Notes under the pieces: generated by a model
What the model was told of the DNA's origin: nothing
Databases searched by the model: none
The model's input: only the letters and a program-made list of their open reading frames with translations
Program-made: the position numbers and the translations under genes
Assembly: GCA_037134095.1 (NCBI GenBank)
Contig: JBAXMV010000001.1
Coordinates: 1-37,676 of the forward strand
Direction of reading: 5' to 3'
Length of the DNA stretch: 37,676 bases
Source of the DNA: a bacterium
Lineage (GTDB): Bacteria; Patescibacteriota; Saccharimonadia; Saccharimonadales; UBA4665
In this document: positions 8,906-17,769 of the stretch, in pieces
Numbering within the stretch: position 1 is the stretch's first letter
How the letters are laid out: each line of letters opens with the position of its first letter

Positions 8906-9133
8906 CTAAAGCATCAAACCGGCTGAATTGCCGGTTTTAAGGTCTGTTAGCAATTCATTAAATACTGGTCTACATCCAGATTCTTTGGCGGAGTGGCTTT
9001 CGTGTTTAGTTTCCACGACGTTAAGACCATCACGTTCAGCAAATGCCAACATCTCTTTTAACTGCGAATCGATCGACATCGCTTGCCGTTCATCTTACTC
9101 ACTCGAATTTCGAGCATAAAGACAATATTTTAC
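8906..9133 (-). pseudogene. Serine recombinase (resolvase/invertase catalytic domain) remnant: N-terminal fragment with an in-frame stop, C-terminally truncated
   Basis: My minus-strand translation is VKYCLYARNSSE*DERQAMSIDSQLKEMLAFAERDGLNVVETKHESHSAKESGCRPVFNELLTDLKTGNSAGLML*. The YARxSS...DRQ..SI.SQ....A...G......E..SA......RP.F..LL....G pattern is the catalytic-Ser region of serine recombinases. No ATG start remains, and the remaining DRLSR and DNA-binding parts are absent. Confidence 0.7.
8916..8938 (+). terminator. Candidate intrinsic terminator after tRNA-Gln
   Basis: A perfect 8-bp stem AAACCGGC/GCCGGTTT with a 6-nt loop TGAATT runs into TTTT. It lies inside the recombinase remnant, so it could instead be coincidental coding-sequence symmetry. 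Confidence 0.35.
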
Positions 9134-9200
9134 ATCTGTTATTAGTGGATTCATACAGGTACAAGGTACCGCAAAGAATTATTAAGCCTAGCTTTTACGT

Positions 9201-9230
9201 TTGAATGTTCGAGTAAATGTTACCTACAAT
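9201..9230 (+). promoter_or_regulatory. Candidate promoter for the defence operon (TTGAAT-18 nt-TACAAT)
   Basis: The -35 TTGAAT is at 9201-9206 and the -10 TACAAT at 9225-9230, about 37 nt upstream of the ATG at 9267. This is a sequence match only. Confidence 0.3.
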
Positions 9231-9266
9231 GGTTTTTATATCTATAAAAGGGTTATAATAACCAGT

Positions 9267-10721
9267 ATGAAAATTAAACAGAGTACGCCGTATGCACCTT
9301 TACTAATAGAATCCATGCGTTCTCTAGGTTATTCCTTTGATACGGCAATTGCTGATTTGATTGATAATAGTGTTAGCGCGCAAGCAAAAAACATTAGTAT
9401 TCTACTCGATCCTTCGGATGATCCACAGCTTATAATTTTTGATGACGGTAATGGTATGGGCTCCGAAACATTAGAAGAAGCACTGCGTTTTGGAAGTCGA
9501 GGGCCTAACGAAACCCGAAGTGAGTTCGATCTTGGTCGATTTGGACTTGGACTTAAATCCGCTTCACTATCTCAATGTAGACGACTTATTGTTGCAAGTA
9601 AGCATGACGGGGCTCTCTGTTGCTATTCTTGGGACTTAGATGAAGTCGAGAAGACAGGTGATTGGTCAGTATTAGAATATTCACAAGATGAAATTATTCA
9701 ACTTCCTAATATTAGCCTATTTGATTCAGTAGAATCAGGCACCTATGTCTTACTTCAGAATTTTGACAGAATTTCTGCTTCTTCTAATGACGTAAAGAAG
9801 ACCCTTGATACTCTAATCGAAACAGCGGAAGATCATTTATCATTAGTTTTTCATCGTATTATTTCAGAAGACAAAGTCAGTATTTTTATTAATGGCCGAC
9901 TTATCGAGCCGAAAGATCCCTTTTTAGAAAATCATAAGTCTACACAACGTTTACGAGAGCAAAGCATTGCTATAGACGATAAAATGATCACCCTACAACC
10001 CTACATTTTGCCTCACCGGAATAAGCTATCTAGAGAAGATTTAAAAAAAGTTGGAGGCGCAGACGACCTTCGGACAAATCAAGGCTTCTATATTTACCGT
10101 TGCAAACGACTTATCATCTGGGGAACTTGGTTTAGATTGCTGAGCAAAGAAGAGTTGAATAAATTGGCACGCGTAAAAGTTGATATACCCAATTCAATCG
10201 ACGAAATTTGGAGTATTGATGTGAAAAAAAGTACAGCAAATTTACCAGAGAAAATTAGAAAAAATCTATATGGGAGTATTAAGGAATCAGTTTTTGGTAG
10301 CAAGAAAGTAATTGAGTACCGAAGTAAGCTTCGTAGAGACGAAGATATTCATTACGTGTGGCAAAGACTTACGGAAAGAGATGGTAGCATAGCTTATTCA
10401 ATCAATCGAGATTTGCCTCAAGTTCAAATGTTAACCGAAAACTTAGACAAAAATGGTATGCGAGTGCTTGAAACGCTTTTGCAAAATGTAGAAAATAACT
10501 TTCCGGCAAGTAGCGTATATCTTGATGTAGCAGATGGTGATTTACATTCATCGGTTGAAGATATAAATAAGTTGGCGGATGATCTCGAGGCTCAGCTACT
10601 ATATGCAGAGCAGCTTGGGTTTACTCATGATGAGCTTCTAAGCGTTTTACTTAAAACGGAGCCATATTCAAGGAACGAACAGTTGATAAATATGTATTCT
10701 AGAAGTCAGGAAAATAAATGA
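9267..10721 (+). CDS. GHKL (Bergerat-fold) ATPase, MORC/paraMORC-like (HATPase_c_3 type)
   Basis: It has the N-box AIADLIDNSVSA, G1 box FDDGNGMG and G2 box GRFGLGLKSAS. I prefer the ATG at 9267 (MKIKQSTPYAPLLIESMRSLGY) over the listed TTG at 9201. The stop overlaps the next start (ATGA at 10718-10721). Confidence 0.8.
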   Translation: MKIKQSTPYAPLLIESMRSLGYSFDTAIADLIDNSVSAQAKNISILLDPSDDPQLIIFDDGNGMGSETLEEALRFGSRGPNETRSEFDLGRFGLGLKSASLSQCRRLIVASKHDGALCCYSWDLDEVEKTGDWSVLEYSQDEIIQLPNISLFDSVESGTYVLLQNFDRISASSNDVKKTLDTLIETAEDHLSLVFHRIISEDKVSIFINGRLIEPKDPFLENHKSTQRLREQSIAIDDKMITLQPYILPHRNKLSREDLKKVGGADDLRTNQGFYIYRCKRLIIWGTWFRLLSKEELNKLARVKVDIPNSIDEIWSIDVKKSTANLPEKIRKNLYGSIKESVFGSKKVIEYRSKLRRDEDIHYVWQRLTERDGSIAYSINRDLPQVQMLTENLDKNGMRVLETLLQNVENNFPASSVYLDVADGDLHSSVEDINKLADDLEAQLLYAEQLGFTHDELLSVLLKTEPYSRNEQLINMYSRSQENK

Positions 10722-13405
10722 GTAGTGAAATTAAGAAATTTAAAGACATTGTCGGCAATATGGTAGGCATTGGAAACTCAGACTTATTGATTAGTGATAC
10801 AGATGTAGATAAAGCCATCGAAGATTTGTATTCCATTCGAGATAAAATGGGGATCAAAATTTCTGAAGCTGAGAAGGTTAAAGCAAGGAATGAATTACTA
10901 GCTAATATTAAAGTTAGACTTGAACCTGGCGTAGCAATTGTACCCACCGACCATAAAAAATGGTTTGAAGAGAGTAAGAATGAAATTATTTTTGAATATT
11001 GGGATAGATTTAAGACATATCTAGCTCAAGATAAAGGCATTGAATTAAACGTTATCTCAAAAATGGACAAAGTCTCAGATCAAGTAGTCGATCTGCTTGG
11101 CGACCCTAGGCGCGAAGAAGAAGAGCAGCGTCGTGGCTTGATAATCGGAGATGTTCAATCAGGCAAAACAATAAATTATAGCGGTATTATCTGCAAAGCT
11201 GTTGATGCCGGTTTTCGTATTGTGATACTTATGACAGGAACTACTAATGATCTTCGCTCCCAGACACAAATACGTTTAGACGAAGCGTTTTTGGGTATTG
11301 ATACAAGGGCAGCTGCTAAAGGAGGTGGGCGAGTTTTAGTTGGAGCAGGAAAATACAATCCGATCCCAACACCGATCGCATTTACATCTGTAGAAAAAGA
11401 TTTTAGCATTAGTGCAGTTAGGCAAATGACAACATCTCTGTCCAAAAACGCAAACGATAAACCAATGTTGTTTGTTATTAAGAAAAATGTTTCGGTTCTT
11501 AAAAACCTTCTCGAATGGATGGAGTCCTCTGGCAAATATGGAGATCAAAAAATTGATAACTCAGTGCTTGTCATTGACGATGAGGCTGATTACGCTTCAA
11601 TTAATACGAAAATAGCAGGTTCGGAACGAAGCAAAACAAACTATTTGATTGAAAAAATACTAAATATGTACCGATTTGCTAGCTATTCAGGCTTTACTGC
11701 TACACCTTATGCAAACATTTTCATCGATCCCGAAACCGACGAAGAATTGAATACAGAAGGACTTTTTCCCAAAGATTATATTTACTCTCTGAATTCACCA
11801 GACACTTACATAGGTGCTAGAAATATTTTCCCCAAAAATGCCACTTACCATTTTATCCTTCGAGATATAGAAGATGGTGAAGAATTTTATCCGTCTAAAC
11901 ACAAAAAAGACGATGACTTTAGTGTCCTGTCGGAAAGTTTAAAAAAGGCTGTGCGTACTTTCTTAATAGCTAATGTCATAAGGGATTTACGAGGAGATAA
12001 GACTGAACACAGGTCGATGATGATCAATGTTACCCGTTTTATTAATACGCAGAAGCTCGTCAGGAAAGCAGTTGCAGACTATGTAGGAGATATAAAGAGA
12101 TCGATCAAAACTTACGCGTTTCTACCCCAAGAAAAAGCGTTACTAGACGAAGAGTTGAATTTACTTTCTAAAACTTTTGCAGACGAATATTCATCACTTG
12201 ATTTCTCATGGGAACAAATACAGGTAAATCTATTCGGGTCAGTTAATGAAATTGAGGTACTTGCTACCTATGGCGGCGGTGATGATCTCAATTATCACGA
12301 GAACCCAGATGGTCTCAGAGCAATAGTTGTAGGAGGGATGAGACTTTCTCGCGGTTTGACGCTTGAAGGTTTAATTGTAACTTATATTTATCGTAACTCA
12401 ATGGCATATGACACCCTAATGCAGATGGGGCGTTGGTTTGGCTACAGACCAAACTATGGTGATATTTGCCGAATTTGGATGGATAAAAATAGTCAAGACT
12501 GGTACGAATATATATCAGATGCAACGGACGAATTACGTGCAGAAGTAAAACGCATGCGTGATATTGAATCCACGCCTTTAGACTTTGGCCTTAAGGTACG
12601 TAATGACACTGATATGAAGCTTACGATCACCGCACGAAATAAAATGCGAACTGCCAAAGAGAAATCTATCAATGTTTCGCTAAGTAAGGCGTACATTGAA
12701 ACGGCTTTCATTCATAACGATGCGAAAAAGAATAAAGCAAATCTAGCTGCGGTAAGTAACTTGATCAACAGCACTAATTTTGATAAATCAGACAATCAAT
12801 ATATAGCAGAACACGTTGATAAGAACTTAATAGTAAGATTACTTGAAACTATTGATATGCCGCCTACAAACGTACAATTTGACCCACTCTCGGTTGCTAA
12901 TTTTATAGAGCAATATGCAGGTGACGAGCTCAATGATTGGAATGTGGCTATAAAATCAGGAGATCACAAAAAAACTTACACCCTGCCGAACGGAATTTCA
13001 ATCAACCCAAATGATCGTTTGTTTGAATTAATTAGAGAAGATTGTGTTGTAAGAATGAATCGACGCAGGCTAGGAAGCCAAGGAGATGCGAAAACAGGTC
13101 TTAATATTGCCCAATTAGAATTGGTAAAAGAGATTGTCACAAGTAATCCAAATCGTAATTCATCGAATATTAACGACAAGGACTACTTCGCAATCAGTCG
13201 AAAACCACTGCTCCAAGTTTATTTTATTCAGCCTCGTCAAAAAAGCGAAGACTGGGATCGCCTTGCAGAATTTGATTCAATCCCATTAATAGGTTTTAGC
13301 GTTGGTATACCACCACTTGGTGACATTAAAACAAGGAATATTAGATATCAGATTAACAAAATACATCAGGACTTTGGTGGCATCGAGGAATTTGAAGATG
13401 AGTAA
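10718..13405 (+). CDS. Z1 domain protein with SF2 helicase-like P-loop NTPase core
   Basis: It has Walker A GDVQSGKT, DEAD-like Walker B VIDDEADYAS, motif III GFTATPYAN and the Z1 signature LMQMGRWFGYR. It is 895 aa, typical for Z1 proteins in R-M-linked operons. Confidence 0.8.
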   Translation: MSSEIKKFKDIVGNMVGIGNSDLLISDTDVDKAIEDLYSIRDKMGIKISEAEKVKARNELLANIKVRLEPGVAIVPTDHKKWFEESKNEIIFEYWDRFKTYLAQDKGIELNVISKMDKVSDQVVDLLGDPRREEEEQRRGLIIGDVQSGKTINYSGIICKAVDAGFRIVILMTGTTNDLRSQTQIRLDEAFLGIDTRAAAKGGGRVLVGAGKYNPIPTPIAFTSVEKDFSISAVRQMTTSLSKNANDKPMLFVIKKNVSVLKNLLEWMESSGKYGDQKIDNSVLVIDDEADYASINTKIAGSERSKTNYLIEKILNMYRFASYSGFTATPYANIFIDPETDEELNTEGLFPKDYIYSLNSPDTYIGARNIFPKNATYHFILRDIEDGEEFYPSKHKKDDDFSVLSESLKKAVRTFLIANVIRDLRGDKTEHRSMMINVTRFINTQKLVRKAVADYVGDIKRSIKTYAFLPQEKALLDEELNLLSKTFADEYSSLDFSWEQIQVNLFGSVNEIEVLATYGGGDDLNYHENPDGLRAIVVGGMRLSRGLTLEGLIVTYIYRNSMAYDTLMQMGRWFGYRPNYGDICRIWMDKNSQDWYEYISDATDELRAEVKRMRDIESTPLDFGLKVRNDTDMKLTITARNKMRTAKEKSINVSLSKAYIETAFIHNDAKKNKANLAAVSNLINSTNFDKSDNQYIAEHVDKNLIVRLLETIDMPPTNVQFDPLSVANFIEQYAGDELNDWNVAIKSGDHKKTYTLPNGISINPNDRLFELIREDCVVRMNRRRLGSQGDAKTGLNIAQLELVKEIVTSNPNRNSSNINDKDYFAISRKPLLQVYFIQPRQKSEDWDRLAEFDSIPLIGFSVGIPPLGDIKTRNIRYQINKIHQDFGGIEEFEDE

Positions 13406-14315
13406 TCCTATTGATCGTATTAGAAAGCTTCTCGAAGACCACACTAATGAGTCCTACCAGAGATATAGTGCAGAACACCCCCTAGATATTTATCTGGGTA
13501 CTGACCAATATGGCCGCAAAAGTTTGGCATTAATAATTGACGCTCGACGAGAAAGAATTACTTCAACTAAAACCATTGATGCTCAATTTTTTAAACGTGA
13601 TGACGGACAGCTAATGCTAGTATTCTCACTTATTGACGATCAATTAAAAGACATCTTTTATAAGTTTTGTGAGGACATTATCGAGAGTACTAGATTAAGC
13701 AATCAGGTAGAAGGATTTGCACCTGTCGTGGATCGTTGGAACACATGGATTAATTTTTTTTCAAAATCAGTACTCCCACTTTCAGAAAATGAAGTACTAG
13801 GTTTAGTCGGAGAAATATATTTCTTGCAAAATGTGATGATTGAAAAGTATGGTAAAGAACTTGCGTTAGACTCTTATATAGGTACAGATCGGGCGCATAA
13901 AGATTTTGAGGTAAAAAACACTTGGTATGAAATCAAAACCATTCACAACGGAATTCGAGCCGTTAAAATAAGTTCAATAGAACAACTAGATGCACCTAAT
14001 CCAGGCAATCTTGAGATAATTACATTTGACCAAAGCACAGCAACGTATGAGGGTAATATTACCTTAAATAAACTGATATCAGGCTTCAGGAGTACCCTAG
14101 AACGCAAATGGCAGCTTCTGTTTGATGAAAAAATGCGTAGAGCAAGTTATATAGAAGATGAACGTTATGACGAATATAATTTTGTGTTTGTAAGAATTGA
14201 CGAGTATTCCGTAGCTGATGATTTTCCAAAACTAACCAAAGAATTACTTCCTATGGGCGTTACTAAAGCCAGTTACGAGATAGATATATCTGTAATCGAA
14301 AGGTTTCGAACGTAA
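13398..14315 (+). CDS. PD-(D/E)XK motif protein (DUF4420-like putative nuclease)
   Basis: It has the core GLVGEIYFL...HKDFEVKNTWYEIKT (E...D-x-E-x-K). I prefer the start at ATG 13398 (MSNPIDRIRKLL), which overlaps the Z1 stop by 8 nt. The listed 13302 start would lie deep inside the Z1 CDS. Confidence 0.65.
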   Translation: MSNPIDRIRKLLEDHTNESYQRYSAEHPLDIYLGTDQYGRKSLALIIDARRERITSTKTIDAQFFKRDDGQLMLVFSLIDDQLKDIFYKFCEDIIESTRLSNQVEGFAPVVDRWNTWINFFSKSVLPLSENEVLGLVGEIYFLQNVMIEKYGKELALDSYIGTDRAHKDFEVKNTWYEIKTIHNGIRAVKISSIEQLDAPNPGNLEIITFDQSTATYEGNITLNKLISGFRSTLERKWQLLFDEKMRRASYIEDERYDEYNFVFVRIDEYSVADDFPKLTKELLPMGVTKASYEIDISVIERFRT

Positions 14316-14317
14316 CT

Positions 14318-16414
14318 ATGAATTTAGAAGATTTTCGCACAGATTGGGTAAGTGACTTACGGGTTGCCGCAGAAGCTAATCAAAGTGATCCTCATAGTGA
14401 GTTTGTTATTGATGCAATTGATCAGCTTCAAGAAGCAGAAGAAGTTGAAAACGTTGAACTTGGTTACTTCGAGGGCATTGGACCAAATAGAACCAAACTA
14501 ATGGTCGACGGCTATGCTTTTGATGTCGTTGATAAATCATGTGTCTTACTTCTGAGCGATTTTTCGAACAGTGGCGATCTCCAAACGCTTACTCGAACTG
14601 ATATTGATCGACTATATAACAACATGCGTAATCTTTTAGAAGCTTCCCTTAATGGCTATATTGTAGCTAACAAATTCGAAGAGAGTAGCATTGGATATAC
14701 CTTTGCAGTTGAAGCTAAACGACTTTTCGATAATGGTGAAATATCCAAGTTTAGGTTTTACATTCTTACCGACAAAAAGCTCAGTGAAACGGTAAAGAAT
14801 ATCCGAAAGGAACCCATAAATGGTAAGAGCGTAGACTTAAATGCATGGGATATAAATCGTTTTTATCATTTATTTACTTCAACTCAAGGTAAGGAAGAAA
14901 TTGAAATAGACGCCTCGACATTGCTTGGCGGTGGGATCCCATATGTCAGTGCTACCAAAGGAGAAGATTACTCTGCTTACCTCGCTGTAGTTCCAGGGCA
15001 GTTTCTTGCAGATATTTATCTTGAGTATGGTTCTAGGCTTCTTGAAGGAAATGTACGTTCATTTTTGAGCATACGTGGCAAAGTTAACAAAGCAATTCGC
15101 GGTACTATCTTACAGCACCCAGATCTATTCTTTGCTTATAATAACGGAATTGCAGCGACAGCAACATCAATTGAAACTACTAACATAAATGGTAACCATG
15201 TAATTACGAAGATTAATGATATGCAGATAATAAACGGCGGTCAGACTACTGCCTCGATTGCCAATGCTGTAATTCAGGATAAAGCTTCTCTTGAAGATGT
15301 GTATATACCGATGAAGTTATCTGTATTGGATCACGATAAAGCAAAAGATATGATCCCCAATATCTCCCGTAGTGCCAACAGCCAAAACAAGGTAGATGAA
15401 GCAGACTTCTTTTCTAACCATCCTTATCACGTGCGTATTGAGGAGTACTCTAGGCGAATACTTGCTCCACCAGTAGATGGGAATCAGTATCAAACAGCGT
15501 GGTTCTATGAACGTGCACGCGGCCAGTATGTACAAGAGCAGATGAAACTTACACGTTCAGAACGAAAACGCTACCAACTCAAAAACCCTAAGGCACAACT
15601 ATTACGTAAAGTTGATGTTGCCAAGTTTATCAACTCATATGAACAGAAGCCACACATCGTAAGTCGAGGCGCTCAGTTCAATATGAGAAACTTCGCAGAT
15701 TCTATTGGTAAACAATGGAGCCCGACTGATCAGAATACTAGCTTTAACGAATACTATTACAAGAAGTTAATTTCACTAGCCATAATATTCAAGACTACTG
15801 AGAAGATCGTAACTGCTCAGCAATGGTATCAGGAAATTAAAGCATATCGTGCGAACATTGTTACATATAGCATAGCTGTTATTATGCATTCGATTGAAAA
15901 GAAATACCCCGGTAAAACGATAGATTTTTTGCGAATATGGAATACCCAGTCGATTAGTCCACAACTTGAAGCTCAGATAGTTGAAACAACTCGTGAGGTA
16001 TTTGACTTCATTACACGTGACGAGAGGCCAACATTAAATGTTACACAGTGGTGTAAGCAAGAAGACTGTTGGAAACGTGTACAGGAATACAATTTTACGA
16101 TACTCGACAACTTTGCTGAATCGCTGGTGAATGCAAGCGATGAGCAAGAAGAAAAAGCTATTGCTCAGAAAGAGCAGAAAGTAAGCAATCAGATCAGTGC
16201 CGAAATTGAGATTATAAATCTGGGAACAGACTACTGGAAAAAAGTGTTAGATTTTGGCCGGAATGATAGGCTACTCAGTGAAATGGAAGATGGCCTTTTG
16301 AATGTAGCTGCTACTTTTGACACTACTGGTCGAGTTCCCTCGGACAAACAAGCAAAATTGATTATGCAAATTCGAAATCGCTTATTTGATGAAGGCTTGT
16401 CACGAAACATTTAA
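14318..16414 (+). CDS. AIPR (abortive infection phage resistance) family protein
   Basis: It has the conserved AIPR core motifs FFAYNNGIAATA and MQIINGGQTTASI, is 698 aa long, and starts 2 nt after the preceding stop. Confidence 0.75.
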   Translation: MNLEDFRTDWVSDLRVAAEANQSDPHSEFVIDAIDQLQEAEEVENVELGYFEGIGPNRTKLMVDGYAFDVVDKSCVLLLSDFSNSGDLQTLTRTDIDRLYNNMRNLLEASLNGYIVANKFEESSIGYTFAVEAKRLFDNGEISKFRFYILTDKKLSETVKNIRKEPINGKSVDLNAWDINRFYHLFTSTQGKEEIEIDASTLLGGGIPYVSATKGEDYSAYLAVVPGQFLADIYLEYGSRLLEGNVRSFLSIRGKVNKAIRGTILQHPDLFFAYNNGIAATATSIETTNINGNHVITKINDMQIINGGQTTASIANAVIQDKASLEDVYIPMKLSVLDHDKAKDMIPNISRSANSQNKVDEADFFSNHPYHVRIEEYSRRILAPPVDGNQYQTAWFYERARGQYVQEQMKLTRSERKRYQLKNPKAQLLRKVDVAKFINSYEQKPHIVSRGAQFNMRNFADSIGKQWSPTDQNTSFNEYYYKKLISLAIIFKTTEKIVTAQQWYQEIKAYRANIVTYSIAVIMHSIEKKYPGKTIDFLRIWNTQSISPQLEAQIVETTREVFDFITRDERPTLNVTQWCKQEDCWKRVQEYNFTILDNFAESLVNASDEQEEKAIAQKEQKVSNQISAEIEIINLGTDYWKKVLDFGRNDRLLSEMEDGLLNVAATFDTTGRVPSDKQAKLIMQIRNRLFDEGLSRNI

Positions 16415-16455
16415 TAGAGGTAAACACAAGGGGTATTGTGCTATAGTTATAACAT

Positions 16456-17751
16456 ATGCTTAAAGTAATTGAAACGTTCAGTGGAATTGGTGCTCAGTCA
16501 AAAGCACTTAAGAATATTGGGTGTAACTTTAAGATTATCGGAACAGCAGACTGGGACATACATGCGATCATTGCATATGATCTTATTCATAATGGTAAAC
16601 AAGATTTATCTCTGTACGAAAAAGCTACTCGTGAAGAGATGCTACAAAAATTAAAGAAATATACCCTCAGTATTGACGGTAAAGTTGCAGCAGACTGGAA
16701 AAATGTCAAAATATTGAACATGAAAGTGCTAAAGAGGCTTTGCGCTGCCATTGATAGAACCAACAACTACGTAAGTGTAACCGATATGAACGGGGCACTC
16801 TTGCCTGTTGATATGGATGCACTAACTTATTCCTTCCCTTGCCAGGACCTATCTGTAGCTCATGCATGGCATGGTAAAACCGAGGGTATAGATCGAAGCG
16901 CAGCAAACCGATCTAGCCAACTGTGGGAAATTGAACGTATCTTAATGGAACGTAAAGCAAGCCCAAGACCAATGCCAAAATTTCTTCTAATGGAAAATGT
17001 ACCCAATATAATTTCTAGTTCTCATAGCAAAAATTTTGATGAATGGAAGCAATCACTTAACGATCTAGGCTACTATAATCGTTTCAATCTACTCATTTCA
17101 AACAATTTTGGCACACCTCAAATCCGTAAAAGAGCATATCTAATGAGCTTCTATACGGGTGGCGATAAAAAGCTGGAATCTAAGCTGGATAAGTATTTTG
17201 CAACTAATAACTTAGAAGATGTACGCAAAAAACCTACAGAACTCTCTAAGTTTTTGAGGCTTAATTACGAAGAGGGCTCCTTTAGACAAGAGGCCGACGA
17301 ATCAGTGCCTAACGACACCCCTTCACGTCGAGATATATTTATAAAGAGTGTTAAATTATTCGACGGCATAAGTTATTCTGGTTATGTTAAAACGATCACC
17401 ACAAAGCAAGATCGAAGACCTTGCTCCGGTGTCATTGTGTATGACAATAAGCGCGTTGGTAAGAGCACATACAGATACTTAACGGCAAGAGAATGTCTTT
17501 TATTAATGGGGTTCGAAGATAAAGATTATGAAGCACTAATTGAAGGTAATTTTAAGAAAAATATAACGACAGACTTTTTCACTACGAGAAAGATAGTCAA
17601 GATGGCTGGCAATAGCATCGTCGTACAAGTATTAGAAGAGGTGTTCAAGCAAATGATATATGTAGATGAGCACATCCTCTCTAAGGCTACCGCCGAGTTA
17701 CCGATCGAAGAGTTGCAATTAGTCGGAGAGCATAGCCTCGCTACAATCTAG
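16456..17751 (+). CDS. DNA (cytosine-5)-methyltransferase
   Basis: It has a full motif set: I ETFSGIGAQ, IV TYSFPCQDLS, VI LLMENVPN, VIII TPQIRKRAYLMS, IX YLTARECLLLMGF and X AGNSIVVQVLE. A long variable region (TRD) lies between VIII and IX. Confidence 0.92.
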   Translation: MLKVIETFSGIGAQSKALKNIGCNFKIIGTADWDIHAIIAYDLIHNGKQDLSLYEKATREEMLQKLKKYTLSIDGKVAADWKNVKILNMKVLKRLCAAIDRTNNYVSVTDMNGALLPVDMDALTYSFPCQDLSVAHAWHGKTEGIDRSAANRSSQLWEIERILMERKASPRPMPKFLLMENVPNIISSSHSKNFDEWKQSLNDLGYYNRFNLLISNNFGTPQIRKRAYLMSFYTGGDKKLESKLDKYFATNNLEDVRKKPTELSKFLRLNYEEGSFRQEADESVPNDTPSRRDIFIKSVKLFDGISYSGYVKTITTKQDRRPCSGVIVYDNKRVGKSTYRYLTARECLLLMGFEDKDYEALIEGNFKKNITTDFFTTRKIVKMAGNSIVVQVLEEVFKQMIYVDEHILSKATAELPIEELQLVGEHSLATI

Positions 17752-17769
17752 TGGCATGCTACATCTCCT

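Noticed and set aside
8928-9119. A 63-aa plus-strand ORF between the tRNA and the ATPase gene
   Set aside because: It is the antisense shadow of the minus-strand serine-recombinase remnant, whose translation carries recognisable family motifs. The plus-strand product is low-complexity (S/L/R-rich) and has no SD.
9201-9266. An N-terminal extension of the GHKL ATPase from a TTG at 9201 (MNVRVNVTYNGFYIYKRVIITS)
   Set aside because: The extension looks non-coding (AT-rich, with promoter-like TTGAAT/TACAAT hexamers inside it). Homologous ATPases, as I recall them, begin about 10-15 aa before the LIESxRxxGY segment, which fits the ATG at 9267.
11176-11548. Antisense ORFs of 119 and 70 aa inside the Z1 gene. 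Similar antisense ORFs lie at 1437..1886, 2210..2582, 4323..4949, 6744..7022, 7694..7915, 10094..10303, 10699..10947, 12315..13179, 15317..15964, 16706..16906, 19614..19871, 21053..21827, 23732..24243, 28172..28366, 28737..29027, 30550..30798, 32680..33585, 33823..34352, 35242..35511 and 36257..36879.
   Set aside because: All lie wholly within, and antisense to or out of frame with, strongly motif-supported genes. Their products are low-complexity, they lack SD sequences, and ORFs like these are expected by chance opposite real genes.
13302-13397. An upstream start for the DUF4420-like gene at 13302
   Set aside because: It would overlap the 3' end of the Z1 CDS by 104 nt in another frame. 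The ATG at 13398 gives the usual short coupling overlap and a plausible N-terminus.
16469-16654. A 61-aa ORF overlapping the 5' end of the methyltransferase gene in another frame, and a similar 70-aa ORF at 19051..19263 inside DUF2779
   Set aside because: Both are out-of-frame shadows of genes whose own frames carry complete family motif sets.
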